NCBI GenBank assembly: GCA_963833225.1
Contig: CAWHXD010000007.1
Span: forward strand, 64,001-128,000
Direction of reading: 5' to 3'
DNA from: an uncultured Chloroflexia bacterium
Lineage (GTDB): Bacteria > Chloroflexota > Limnocylindria > Limnocylindrales > CSP1-4
DNA: 64,000 nt
Shown here: piece after piece, positions 9,381 to 19,038 of the stretch
How the letters are laid out: every line of letters begins with the position of its first letter
How positions within the stretch are numbered: the first letter of the stretch is position 1
The notes under the pieces: model-generated
The model's database searches: none
What the model saw: the letters and a program-made list of their open reading frames with translations, nothing else
Told to the model about the DNA's origin: nothing
Translations under genes and position numbers: made by a program

Positions 9381-11959
9381 ATGACTGGCGGCGGGGCCAG
9401 GCGACGGGACGCGCGATCACGCCGAACGGCGGGCGGCCGCTCGCGCCCAGGCCCCGCGATTCGCGCGAGCGCGACGTTGGTCGCGGTCGCGGTCGCCATC
9501 GCCGCCCTCGTGGCCGGACCGATCGCCGCGCCGCGAGGCGCCGCGGTCCGTGCAGAGGACCAGGACCCGTTCTTCGCGGTCGTCAGCACGCTCGCCGCGC
9601 TCAACGGCCAGCAGGTCACGGTCAGCGAGGGCGGCCTCGTCACGATCACCGACCCCCTGGGCGACGTGACCGGAGCCCCCGACGATGCGACCGACGTCAC
9701 CAACGCCGGGTTTGGCTATGTGCCCATGGTCCCGCCGTGGCTGCTCGCCGCATTCGGCTGTGGGATGCCGGACACCGCGTGCCCCCGCGGCGGGAGCGAC
9801 GATGCCGCGTTCAGCGATGGCGCGTACCTCTTCTACGAGCGGGTCGCCTCGCCGCTTGCCGACGCCATTGCCGCCGGTGAACGGCGCGAGATCGGCGCCG
9901 TCCTGGCGCTCGATGGGTACCCGACGGCGCCGGCCACGCCCGGCAACCCGTTCTCGCACGCGTCGCACGCGATCATCACTCGGGTCGAAGGCGATATGCG
10001 CGAGGTCCTGTACTTCGCGAACTCGGCGGTTCGTTCCAGGAGTTCGCCACCAACGCGCGGACCCTGTGGAGCGGCAACGACGTCCTGACCATCGTGCCCA
10101 AGGCCAAGGAGATCCAGACCCCGATCAATGCGTGGGACGTGTACTCGTACTGGTCGCGGGGGACCACGGGCCGCACCGGGCGTGACAACCTTCGTGGCTT
10201 CAGCGGCGAGCCGATGATGCCGGTGACGATCATCCCCCACATCGAGTTCGCGTCCGCGCCGGCCTCGCCGACGCCATCTCCCACCCCGACCCAGCGTCCG
10301 CCCGCAAGCGAGACGCCCACCGCAACGGCCACGCCGACCGCAACGGAGACGCCCACCGCAACGGCCACGCCCCAGTCGTCGAGCTCGGGGCCCACCACCT
10401 CCGGTGACGGCCTCCCGTGGGCCGTCCTCATCGTCGTGGGCGTCGTGCTCGCGGTCGTCGGAGCCGCGCTGCTCCGGGGCCGCGGCGGGACGACCGGCGG
10501 CACGACCGGCGGCGGGACGCCGAGCGGCGAGCCGGGTGGGAGCCCGGCCGGCGGTCCGGCGATTGCGGTTGGTGTCCCGCTGGTCAGCCCGTGCCCACCG
10601 TTGATCGCCGCGGCCAAGGCAGCCAAGGTCGCGTGTGAAGCGGCTCGAAGCGCGGCGGTGACCGCCGCGGATCTCGCCCGGACCCGGGCCGCCGAGGCGG
10701 AGGCCGCCCGGCGGGACCTCGACGGCGCGCGCAGGGCACGGGAGGCCGCGGAGAAGGAGCTCGCACGGCGTCAGAAGCCTCCCGACCGGGGCGGCTCATC
10801 GGCGTCGAGCTCGTTTGGCGGGCGCGACGTCCACGAGGACTCATATGACCTGCACCTGCTCAGAGAGGCGAGGGCTGCCGCAAACGACGCCTGGGAGGCG
10901 GCGAAGGCGGCCGCCACCACGGAGGCTGAGCGGAAGGCGGCGGACGACGCGTGGCAGGACGAGCTGCGGCGGCTCGACGGCCCCGATGGGATCGACGAGA
11001 TCCGCAGGCGTGACAAGGAGGGCCGCGCCAAGTGGGTCAGGGAGGCCGAAGACGCGCTCAAGACCGCGCAGGAGGCCGAGACGTCCGCGAAGGCTGCGCT
11101 TGATCGCGCGGTCGAGGCGTCGGATGCGGCCGCGGCCGCCGCCACGGCGGCAGGGCAACACGCCGACGAGGCCTGTGCCCGGGCCGACGCTGCGAACAAG
11201 GCCGCGATCGATGCCGGATGTCTGACTGCCGACGGCCGCGTGCCGCAGCCACCGGTCACGCCATCGCCTCCGCCGACACCCCCGACATCCCCGCCTGAGC
11301 CGCCGACATCTCCCCCGGAAGAGCCGACACCGCCAACACCCCCAACGCACGAACGACCGCACGACTGCCCAGACGGCGCGGCGCCGAGGGTCACGGAGCG
11401 CAACCCGATCGATGTCGACCTGTTCATCATCTCCGAAAGCCAGCTCAAGATCGACAGCAATTACCCCTACGGGGACAACGTCGACGACGCGCTCGACAAC
11501 CTCGACAGCACCTTGAAGGGCGTGTCTGCCGTGATGTCGCTGCCGGGCGCCGTCACCAACCCGGTTGGCTCGCTGCTCGGCACGGCCGGGCTGCCGGGCT
11601 TCGACTCGGTGACGACGAAGCCGGCAGAGGCTGCGGCCAAGAGCCTGCGCAAGCTCCGCGAGCGGATGGAGAAGTTCCGACGGACCGGGACGTGGTCGCT
11701 GAGCGTCCCGTTCCAGCACTATCGCTTCTTCTGCCGGATCACCGAGGAATGCCAGGGGGGCCAGTGGGTGGTGACGAAGCGTGAGCTCATCGGCGAGCGA
11801 GTGGGCAAGCCCACCTGGCACCACAGCCCGCCGTACGAGGTCCAGGACGTCGCCTTCGATTCCGGGCACGCGTGGCGCGCCATGACCGCGAACTACGTGC
11901 GGAGAAACGCGCAGGCCGAGCGCCAGATCGCCCAGGCGGCCACCGCCTGCGCCGGTTGA
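9381..11959 (+). CDS. Large membrane-anchored hypothetical protein (frameshift near 10030)
   Basis: ORF 9318..10088 joins 10094..11959 via the alternate-frame reading GSFQEFATNARTLWSGNDVLTIVPK; signal peptide, PT linker, TM, coiled coil. Confidence 0.65.
10310..10371 (+). repeat. Coding tandem repeat, 36-bp period (ETPTATATP linker)
   Basis: gagacgcccaccgcaacggccacgcc occurs twice. Confidence 0.7.
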
Positions 11960-12024
11960 CCCGGGCATCGCTCGCCGGCTGGCGTGGCAGCTGGCCAGAC
12001 CGACGCCGCCAAGCCTTGCGAGCC

Positions 12025-12558
12025 TCAGTCGTCGATGCGGAAGACGGGGTAGGCGCGGGCGATCACCTCGAACGCCTCGATGGCGGCCGCGGGATCTACC
12101 GGAATGTGCGGGCGCGCTCCGATCGCGCGGGCCAGGTAGGCCCTGATCACTGGGGCACGCTCGTCCGGCGGCACCTCGACGAGGTGCACCGTGCGTCGCC
12201 GGCCGTGTCGGATGACGGCGAGCCCGCCGGCGGCCCGGACGTTGCGGACCCAGGGCGAGCGCTCGCCGAGCATCGAGACCAGGTACTGCTCGCCCTCATG
12301 CTCGCCGATGACGAGCGGGATGGAGGAGACTCGTCCGGTGCGGTGGCCTGTGGTCTCGAGCGCGACTGCCCACGCGGGTCCCAGGCCAGGGCCCCCCGCC
12401 GCGGCATACACCCGGCCGACCGCGCGCCCGGCGAGATTCGGCCGCCCGTCCCGGTAGAAGAGGCGATTGCCGTTGCGGTGGGCATCGCTTCGCAGGTAGA
12501 GCGCGTAGGCACCCACCAGCCCAACGACGCCTGTGAAGAGCAGGCGCGAGGTTCTCAT
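12025..12558 (-). CDS. Deazaflavin (F420)-dependent nitroreductase family protein
   Basis: LETTGHRTGRVSSIPL, WVRNVRA, YPVFRI. Confidence 0.8.
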   Translation of the reverse strand: MRTSRLLFTGVVGLVGAYALYLRSDAHRNGNRLFYRDGRPNLAGRAVGRVYAAAGGPGLGPAWAVALETTGHRTGRVSSIPLVIGEHEGEQYLVSMLGERSPWVRNVRAAGGLAVIRHGRRRTVHLVEVPPDERAPVIRAYLARAIGARPHIPVDPAAAIEAFEVIARAYPVFRIDD

Positions 12559-12686
12559 CGGTCCCAGCGATGGTACACAGGCGCGCTGGGACCGGGCATT
12601 GGCCGAGTGGCGCTTCACGGCCGAGTGCGGGTCGATCCCCTCGTCGCCCGAAGCGAGTAGGCAGCGCATCGACATATCCTGCTGAC

Positions 12687-12782
12687 ATGCGCAAGAGGAC
12701 CATGCAGGAGGCGTCCCGGGTCCAGTCCAACGCGGCGACTGCGCTCGCGCGGCTCGATGCGACCAAGGCAGGCGCCAAGTGA
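12687..12782 (+). pseudogene. Probable internally deleted PadR-family regulator remnant
   Basis: 31 aa MRKRTMQE|ASRVQSNAATALARL resembles a PadR start fused to a PadR C-terminal helix; GTGA overlap with a typical PadR-partner ORF. Confidence 0.45.
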
Positions 12783-12970
12783 CCGACGTCGACGACCTGG
12801 AGCGGCGCTACCGCCGGTGGCTGAGGTGGTATCCGACGGCGTTTCGGCGTGAGCACGAGGAAGAGATCCTCGGGGTGCTGTTGGCGGGTGCCGACGATGG
12901 CCAGCGCCACCCGCGGCCGACGGACTGCCTCGACCTGATCCCCAACGGTCCGCGGAGCGCCGCTCCATGA
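12779..12970 (+). CDS. Short or truncated PadR-associated protein
   Basis: LERRYRRWLRWYPTAFRREHEEEILGVL, typical of the N-terminus of proteins encoded after padR. Confidence 0.55.
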   Translation: MTDVDDLERRYRRWLRWYPTAFRREHEEEILGVLLAGADDGQRHPRPTDCLDLIPNGPRSAAP

Positions 12971-13944
12971 GCGATGGGCCTGGCTTGCGCTCGTCAGGCG
13001 GTGAGTGTCGCGACCCTGCGCTATCGGTCGAGCACCTGTCCAAGCGATTCGGCGACCGCATGGCCTTTGACGACGTCTCGTTCGAGGTTGGGCGCGGTGA
13101 GGTGTTCGGATTTCTCGGTCCGAACGGAGCCGGCAAGACGACGACGGTGCGGACGCTCGGAAGCCTCATCGCACCGACGTCCGGCTCGGCCACGGTCGCC
13201 GGCTATCCGCTGACCCCGGAGAACGGCGAGGAGATCCGTCGACGGATCTCGATCATGCCCGAGGCGCCGGGCCTCTACCTGCACCTCAGCGTCTTCGAGA
13301 ACCTCGAGTGCTTTGCCGGTCTGTACGAGGTGGCCGACCCGCGCGATCGCATCGAGCGAGTGCTCCGGGCGGTCAATCTCACTGACCGCGCCCGGGATAC
13401 CGGCAGCACGCTGTCGAAGGGGCTCCGCCAGCGGGTCGCCCTGGCGAGGGCCCTGCTGAACGATCCGGAGGTGCTGTTCCTCGACGAGCCGACGTCGGGC
13501 CTCGATCCGGTGGCCGCACGGGAGGTGCACGACCTCATCGTTGGCCTTCGCAAGCAGGGCGTCACCGTCTTCCTCACCACCCATCGGCTCGAGGAGGCGG
13601 AGCGCCTGTGCGACCGCGTCGCCATCCTCAACACCACCCTGCGCACGATCGGGCGACCCAGCGAGCTGCGGGAGCGGCTGTTCGCCAAGACGCTCACGGT
13701 CAGGACGCTTGCCCCGATCCCCAATCCCGAGAACGTCTTCGGCGGCTTGCCAGCCGTGGAGGGCTGGAGTCTGGACGGCGGCGACTACGTCCTCGCCGTG
13801 TCCGACCCGGTGCTCGCCGCGCCCGCGGTCACCCGGGCGCTGGTGGCCGCCACCACCGACGTGCTCTCGATCAGCGAGTCTCACCACTCGCTCGAGGAGG
13901 TCTACCTCGAGCTGGTCGACCAGGATGCGGAGGCCACGCGGTGA
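12967..13944 (+). CDS. ABC transporter ATP-binding protein
   Basis: GPNGAGKTT, LSKGLRQR, FLDEPT, H-loop. Confidence 0.95.
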   Translation: MSDGPGLRSSGGECRDPALSVEHLSKRFGDRMAFDDVSFEVGRGEVFGFLGPNGAGKTTTVRTLGSLIAPTSGSATVAGYPLTPENGEEIRRRISIMPEAPGLYLHLSVFENLECFAGLYEVADPRDRIERVLRAVNLTDRARDTGSTLSKGLRQRVALARALLNDPEVLFLDEPTSGLDPVAAREVHDLIVGLRKQGVTVFLTTHRLEEAERLCDRVAILNTTLRTIGRPSELRERLFAKTLTVRTLAPIPNPENVFGGLPAVEGWSLDGGDYVLAVSDPVLAAPAVTRALVAATTDVLSISESHHSLEEVYLELVDQDAEATR

Positions 13945-14663
13945 GCATCAACAGGCGGAGGGTCCGGGCGGTTGTCCGCAAGGAGCTCCGCGAGTACCGG
14001 CGCAACCGCTCGCTCATCTGGTCGATGGCCATCTTCCCGTTGATCTTCTGCATTCAACCGTTCATCACGGTGTTCATGCTGCCCGCCTCAGCATCCGGCG
14101 CGCTCGCCAACGAGCATGTGCTCGTCTACCTCCTCGGGATCCCGGCGCTGGTGCCCGTGTTCATCGCCGCGTACGCGGTGGTCGGCGAGCGTCAACAGGG
14201 CACCCTCGAGCCGGTGCTCACCACACCGATCCCTCGTGAGGAGTTCCTGCTGGGCAAGGCGCTGGCAGCCCTGCTGCCGTCGCTCGCGGTCGCCTACACG
14301 GTCTTTGGCCTGTTCCTCGCGTGCATCGGGCTCTTCGCGCAACCGACCATCGCCGTGGCATTGATCCAGCTGCCCGACTTGCTCGCCCAGGTGCTCTTCA
14401 CGCCGCTCCTCGCCGTGTGGTCCATCTGGGTCGGGATCGCGATCTCCGCCCGATCGAGCGACATCAGGGTGGCGCAGCAGCTCAGCGTCCTGGCGAGCCT
14501 GCCCTCGGTCTTCCTGGTGGTGCTCGTCGCGCTCAACGTCATCCGGCCGACGCTCGGCCTCGCGGTCTGCCTCGCGGTCGTCTTGCTCGTCCTCGATGGA
14601 CTCGGGTGGCGGATCACCTCGCGCTTGTTCGACCGGGAGCGCCTCGTCACCGGCTCGAGGTAG
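13941..14663 (+). CDS. ABC-2 type permease
   Basis: GTG overlap; KELRE, VVGERQQGTLEPVLTTP, about 6 TMs. Confidence 0.85.
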   Translation: MSINRRRVRAVVRKELREYRRNRSLIWSMAIFPLIFCIQPFITVFMLPASASGALANEHVLVYLLGIPALVPVFIAAYAVVGERQQGTLEPVLTTPIPREEFLLGKALAALLPSLAVAYTVFGLFLACIGLFAQPTIAVALIQLPDLLAQVLFTPLLAVWSIWVGIAISARSSDIRVAQQLSVLASLPSVFLVVLVALNVIRPTLGLAVCLAVVLLVLDGLGWRITSRLFDRERLVTGSR

Positions 14664-14784
14664 TCCGGGGCTTGACGGCACCGCGCACCACGTGCGCACT
14701 CTCGAAGGTGCCGCCCGAGAGTGACGGCCCGCTGGCGAGCCCCCCGCCGCCGGCGTGACGACGACGCCGATCGGGCACCGGATA

Positions 14785-15501
14785 ATGCTCGTCATGGGAG
14801 CGTCAGCGGTCGTGGACGAGCTTGAGGACGCCCGCGTCGTCGACTTTCCCCTGCGCGGCGAGTGGACGGCCGTGCACACGCCTGCCAGCCGGATTCCGAG
14901 CCACGGCACCGACATACTGGGCCAGCGCTACGCGTTCGACCTCATCCGGTTCGATCCGAGGAAGGGTTCCCGCTACCACCCCGCCGGTGGCCTGCGGACG
15001 CTGCTCCTCGGCGTCCCCACCCGAGAGTGCCATGGCTGGGGCGAGCCGATCCATGCCCCGCTTGCTGGGGAGGTGGTGGCGGCCCGCGACGGGCTCGAGG
15101 AGCGCGGCTGGATCCACCCTGTCCGGGAGCTCGGGCTCGTCCTCAAGAACGGCCTGACCTTTCGCCCGACCCCACGCCACCTGCATCGCGTCATGGGCAA
15201 CCACGTCATCCTCAGGTGCGGTGACGTCTACGCCGGCTTCGCTCACATGATGACCGGCTCCGTGACGGTCGAGGCTGGCCAGCGGGTGCGGGTCGGCGAG
15301 GTTCTCGGCCGGGTGGGGCACACGGGCAACTCGACGGCCCCGCACCTCCACTTCCAGCTCATGGACGGCCCTGACCCGCTGACTGCGCACGGGATCCCGT
15401 GCGCCTTTCGCGAATACGAGGTCTGGCACGACGGTGGCTGGCATCGGGTCGAGCACGCTATTCCGAAGAGCACGGACCGGATCCGCTCGGTGTCGGGCTG
15501 A
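14785..15501 (+). CDS. M23 family metallopeptidase
   Basis: GNHVIL, AHM, GHTGNSTAPHLHFQ. Confidence 0.85.
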   Translation: MLVMGASAVVDELEDARVVDFPLRGEWTAVHTPASRIPSHGTDILGQRYAFDLIRFDPRKGSRYHPAGGLRTLLLGVPTRECHGWGEPIHAPLAGEVVAARDGLEERGWIHPVRELGLVLKNGLTFRPTPRHLHRVMGNHVILRCGDVYAGFAHMMTGSVTVEAGQRVRVGEVLGRVGHTGNSTAPHLHFQLMDGPDPLTAHGIPCAFREYEVWHDGGWHRVEHAIPKSTDRIRSVSG

Positions 15502-15688
15502 TCGACGAAATGCGTGGAGCACCCGGGCCTGCCCCCAGGGGCCGCTGACCGGCGGGGACCGAGCGAGACTGCCCTCATGACCGCCAATGATCTCCAGCTC
15601 GAGGCCGCCGAACACCTTCCGCCAGCGCGGACCTCCAGGGATTCTTGCTCGCTCCGCGTACACTCAACGGCGGACAGGGGGTAGCGAC

Positions 15689-17191
15689 ATGGACGCCCAA
15701 CGAGCGCCGCGAGCGCGGGCCGCGGCACCGCTTGGCCTCAGCGCCGAGCCAGTGCTCGACGCGAGCCCGGACGTCGTCATCGCCGTCGACGCACGCGGCC
15801 GGATCGTGTATGCGAGTCCGAAGGTCGAACAGCTGGTGGGTTGGTCGCCCGACGAGCTCCGTGGGGAGCCAATCGAGTCGCTGGTCCCTTCACGCCTGGC
15901 CGAGCGGCATGCCGAGCACCGCTCCGGGTATCTCGTTCACCCGACGCCCCGTCCGATGGGCAGTGGGCTGGAGCTGACCGCTCGCCGCCGCGATGGCACC
16001 GAGCTTCCCGTGGAGATCAGTCTCGCGCCGGTGCGATCGCGGCGCGGTCCGCTCGTCCTCGCGACCGTGGTCGACATCACGGCCCGGACGAACCTCCAGG
16101 AGCAGCTCCAGCAGAGCCACGAGGACCTGCAGCGCCACGCCAAGGAGCTTGAGCAGCGCGGACGAGAGATGTCGTTGCTCGCCCAGATGGGGGAGCTGCT
16201 CGCCGCGTGCCAGTCGCTCGACGAGGCATATGGGGTCATCCCTCGGGTCGCCGAGCCGCTCTTCGAGGGCGACGCTGGGGCGGTGTATGCGCTCGCGTCG
16301 TCGGGCAGCGGGGTCGAGGCCGTGGCGACGTGGGGAAGTCCGCCGCCGCTCCGGAGTGTGTTCTCCCCGGCCGACTGCTGGGCCCTTCGGCGCGGCCGGC
16401 TCCACGTGGTCCACGACGAGGACCCCGAGCTCAAGTGTCCGCACGTCGAGGAGCCGATCGGGGTCGGTCTGCTGTGTGAACCGCTCGTCGCCCAGACCGA
16501 GACCCTGGGGCTGCTCCACGTCCAGGTCCGCCGACGCAGCAGTGGCAGGGCGGCGCGGGCGGCCGTGCTCGTGGATCGGGAACGCGTGGTCGAGACGCTC
16601 GGTGAGCACCTGGCTCTTGCCCTGGGCAACATCCGACTTCGTGCCACCCTTCGGGAGCAGTCGGCGCGCGATCCGCTGACGGGCCTGTTCAACCGCCGCT
16701 ACATGGAAGAGTCGCTCGACCGCGAGATCCGACGGGCAGCCCGTGAAGGCTACGGTCTCGGCCTGCTCCTCGCGGACCTCGACAACTTCAAGCAGCTCAA
16801 CGATGCCTTCGGTCACGCCGCGGGCGATGCGGTGCTGCGGCGGATCGGGCGCTTCCTCGGAGGCGCGGTCCGGGGCGAGGACATCGCCTGCCGGTACGGT
16901 GGCGAGGAGTTCGTTGTCATCCTGCCCAAGGCGTCGCTCGATGACACGTACCGCCGCGCGGAAGGGCTGCGCGAAGGGATCAAGGCGCGCTCACCGGACG
17001 AACCGGCCGACCACTATCCCACTCCATCCATGTCGGTCGGGGTGGCCGCCTTTCCGGAGCACGGAACGTCCGCTGCGCAGCTCATCCTTGCTGCCGACTC
17101 GGCGATGTATCTCGCCAAGGCGCAGGGACGGGACCGCGTCGTTGTCGCCGAAGGAACGGAGGGCCGGCCGGTCAAGGTCCGCGCGGAATAG
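15689..17191 (+). CDS. PAS-GAF-GGDEF diguanylate cyclase
   Basis: PAS (RPMGSGLELTARRRDG), GAF, DPLTGLFNRR, I-site RGED, GGEEF. Confidence 0.93.
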   Translation: MDAQRAPRARAAAPLGLSAEPVLDASPDVVIAVDARGRIVYASPKVEQLVGWSPDELRGEPIESLVPSRLAERHAEHRSGYLVHPTPRPMGSGLELTARRRDGTELPVEISLAPVRSRRGPLVLATVVDITARTNLQEQLQQSHEDLQRHAKELEQRGREMSLLAQMGELLAACQSLDEAYGVIPRVAEPLFEGDAGAVYALASSGSGVEAVATWGSPPPLRSVFSPADCWALRRGRLHVVHDEDPELKCPHVEEPIGVGLLCEPLVAQTETLGLLHVQVRRRSSGRAARAAVLVDRERVVETLGEHLALALGNIRLRATLREQSARDPLTGLFNRRYMEESLDREIRRAAREGYGLGLLLADLDNFKQLNDAFGHAAGDAVLRRIGRFLGGAVRGEDIACRYGGEEFVVILPKASLDDTYRRAEGLREGIKARSPDEPADHYPTPSMSVGVAAFPEHGTSAAQLILAADSAMYLAKAQGRDRVVVAEGTEGRPVKVRAE

Positions 17192-17220
17192 GGGCGGGCC
17201 GTCGCGCTCGGTCGTCCGCG

Positions 17221-18130
17221 TCAGGCCACCGTGAAAGCAGGTCCTCGGGGTAGGCCATGACCTGCGGTTGGAGTGTCCGCTTGCGCCGACCCGCGGATCG
17301 CGACCGGCGAGGGCGTCGGTGGCGGGCTGGACGTTGGTCGGGGTGTTGGCGTCGGCGCAAGGCGAAGGCGTCGGCGAGGGCGTGGGCGAAGGCGTCGGCG
17401 TGGGCGAAGGCGTCGGCGTGGGCGAAGGGGTCGGCTCGAGGCCGAGCATCCGCTCCACGGTCACGAACTTGAGGCCGCGCGCCCGGTACGCCTTGATCAC
17501 CCTGGGCAGGATCCGCACCGACGTCGTCGGGCCGCAGTGCAGCAGGATGATGCTGCCCTTCGTGCCGCGCATCGCGTGCCGGAAATGGGCTGCGTCGCTC
17601 ATCGTCGCCGTGTCGGCGAAGGTCGTATCCCACATGACCACGTACTTGACGCCTGCGACCCTCGCCGCACGCAACGTGTTCGCGTTGTAGGACCCGTAGG
17701 GGGGACGGAAAAGCGGGAGCATCGTGCGACCGGTCCTGGTCCGGAGGATGCGCTTCGCACGCTTGATCTGGCTCAGCTGGTCCGTGTATGACAGCGTGGT
17801 CATGAACGGGTGCGACACCGTGTGGTTCGCGATCTTGAACTTGGAGCTGATGTATCGCCAGGTTGCCGGCGCGTTCCTGATCACGCGTGCGTAGGGGAAG
17901 AACGTCGCGGGGACGTGGCGGGCGACCAGGATGTCGGCGATGCGTCGACAGTTGGCCGAGCTGTAACCGTCGTCGATCGTGAGCGCGATCCAGGACCGAT
18001 GGCGCGAGCCGTGGTAGACCACCTTTGGGTCAGCCGCGGCCGCCGATGGAAGGGCGGCAGTCAGCAGCAGCAGGGCGAGCGTCACCACCGCCACGGTTGC
18101 CATCCGGGACGTCCCAACCCGAATACTCAT
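17221..18130 (-). CDS. Secreted polysaccharide deacetylase (CE4/NodB) with PT tail; frameshift near 17358
   Basis: ALTIDDG, NHTVSHP, FRPPYG, IILLH; a frame-corrected tail ends at TGA 17221, removing the overlap with the cyclase gene. Confidence 0.85.
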
Positions 18131-18414
18131 GTTGAACCCCTGGGCTGACGCTACACGGCGCCCGGGCGTTGAGGAAGAACCGCGACGCCCCGTTCAGCGG
18201 TCCGAGCGGCACCCGGCCGCTTGCAGGCGGACCCGCCGGCAACAGCGCGTGCCCATCAGGGAGGCGTGGCTGCTGCTGAGCCGATGCTGGCCTGCCGAAC
18301 GGGGGCGCTCGCCGGGATCAGTACTCGCTCTTGATCACGAAGAGCAAACGGCCGATGGTTCCGGCCAGCTTCGACTACTGCCGTGCGAGCTTGAACCGCG
18401 AGCGAATTGCAGGG

Positions 18415-18978
18415 TCAGTTGCCCCCAGCCGACGCCCTGTGGTCAATCCGCTCCGCATCCCTGCGCGATCCAGGACGGTCCTCCTCCGGTGCGGTTGGCG
18501 CTGCGGCTCGCAGCTCGTCAACCACACGCCGGAGGAAACGCCGGATCACCGTGCGCTCGGCATCGTCAAACGGCGCGAGAGCCGCGTCAACGGCCTCACC
18601 CTGCCAGCGGTAGGCACGCTCGACCTCGGCGATCGCCGCGGCCTGGAGGCGGATCTTGACCACGCGCCGGTCGTCGACCATCCGCTCGCGCTCCACGTAT
18701 CCGGCCTGCTCCAGCTCCTCGACCACGCGGCTTGCCCAGCCAGGCGAGATGCCCAGGCCCGATCCCAGCTGGCCAATCGTGACCTCACCCTGCTGGTACA
18801 GCTGGATCGCCGCCCGAATTGCCTGCGGCGACACGCGCACGCCGCTCGATCCCGGTTGCGCCGCGGCTCCGGATCGTCGCGTCGCGTGGCCGCTGTTGAG
18901 CAGCTCGACGATCAGCTTGCCGGTCTCGATGGCGTCGTCGCTGAGACGGCCGGGGGTGTCGGGCCTGGTGGTTGACAT
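18415..18978 (-). CDS. MarR family transcriptional regulator
   Basis: wHTH with SRVVEELEQAGYVER...DRR; divergent from an MFS efflux gene. Confidence 0.85.
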   Translation of the reverse strand: MSTTRPDTPGRLSDDAIETGKLIVELLNSGHATRRSGAAAQPGSSGVRVSPQAIRAAIQLYQQGEVTIGQLGSGLGISPGWASRVVEELEQAGYVERERMVDDRRVVKIRLQAAAIAEVERAYRWQGEAVDAALAPFDDAERTVIRRFLRRVVDELRAAAPTAPEEDRPGSRRDAERIDHRASAGGN

Positions 18979-19038
18979 GTCCCCAGCATACGCGATAGCA
19001 TCGCGGCACAATAGGTGCGTAACGAAACAGGTGTGCAA

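Noticed and set aside
18131-18414. Possible riboswitch upstream of the deacetylase
   Set aside because: Only short hairpins; no c-di-GMP or c-di-AMP consensus recognised
18991-19030. CGCGAT-AGC-ATCGCG and an imperfect palindrome between marR and the MFS gene
   Set aside because: Plausible MarR operator, but too short or imperfect to call at this GC content
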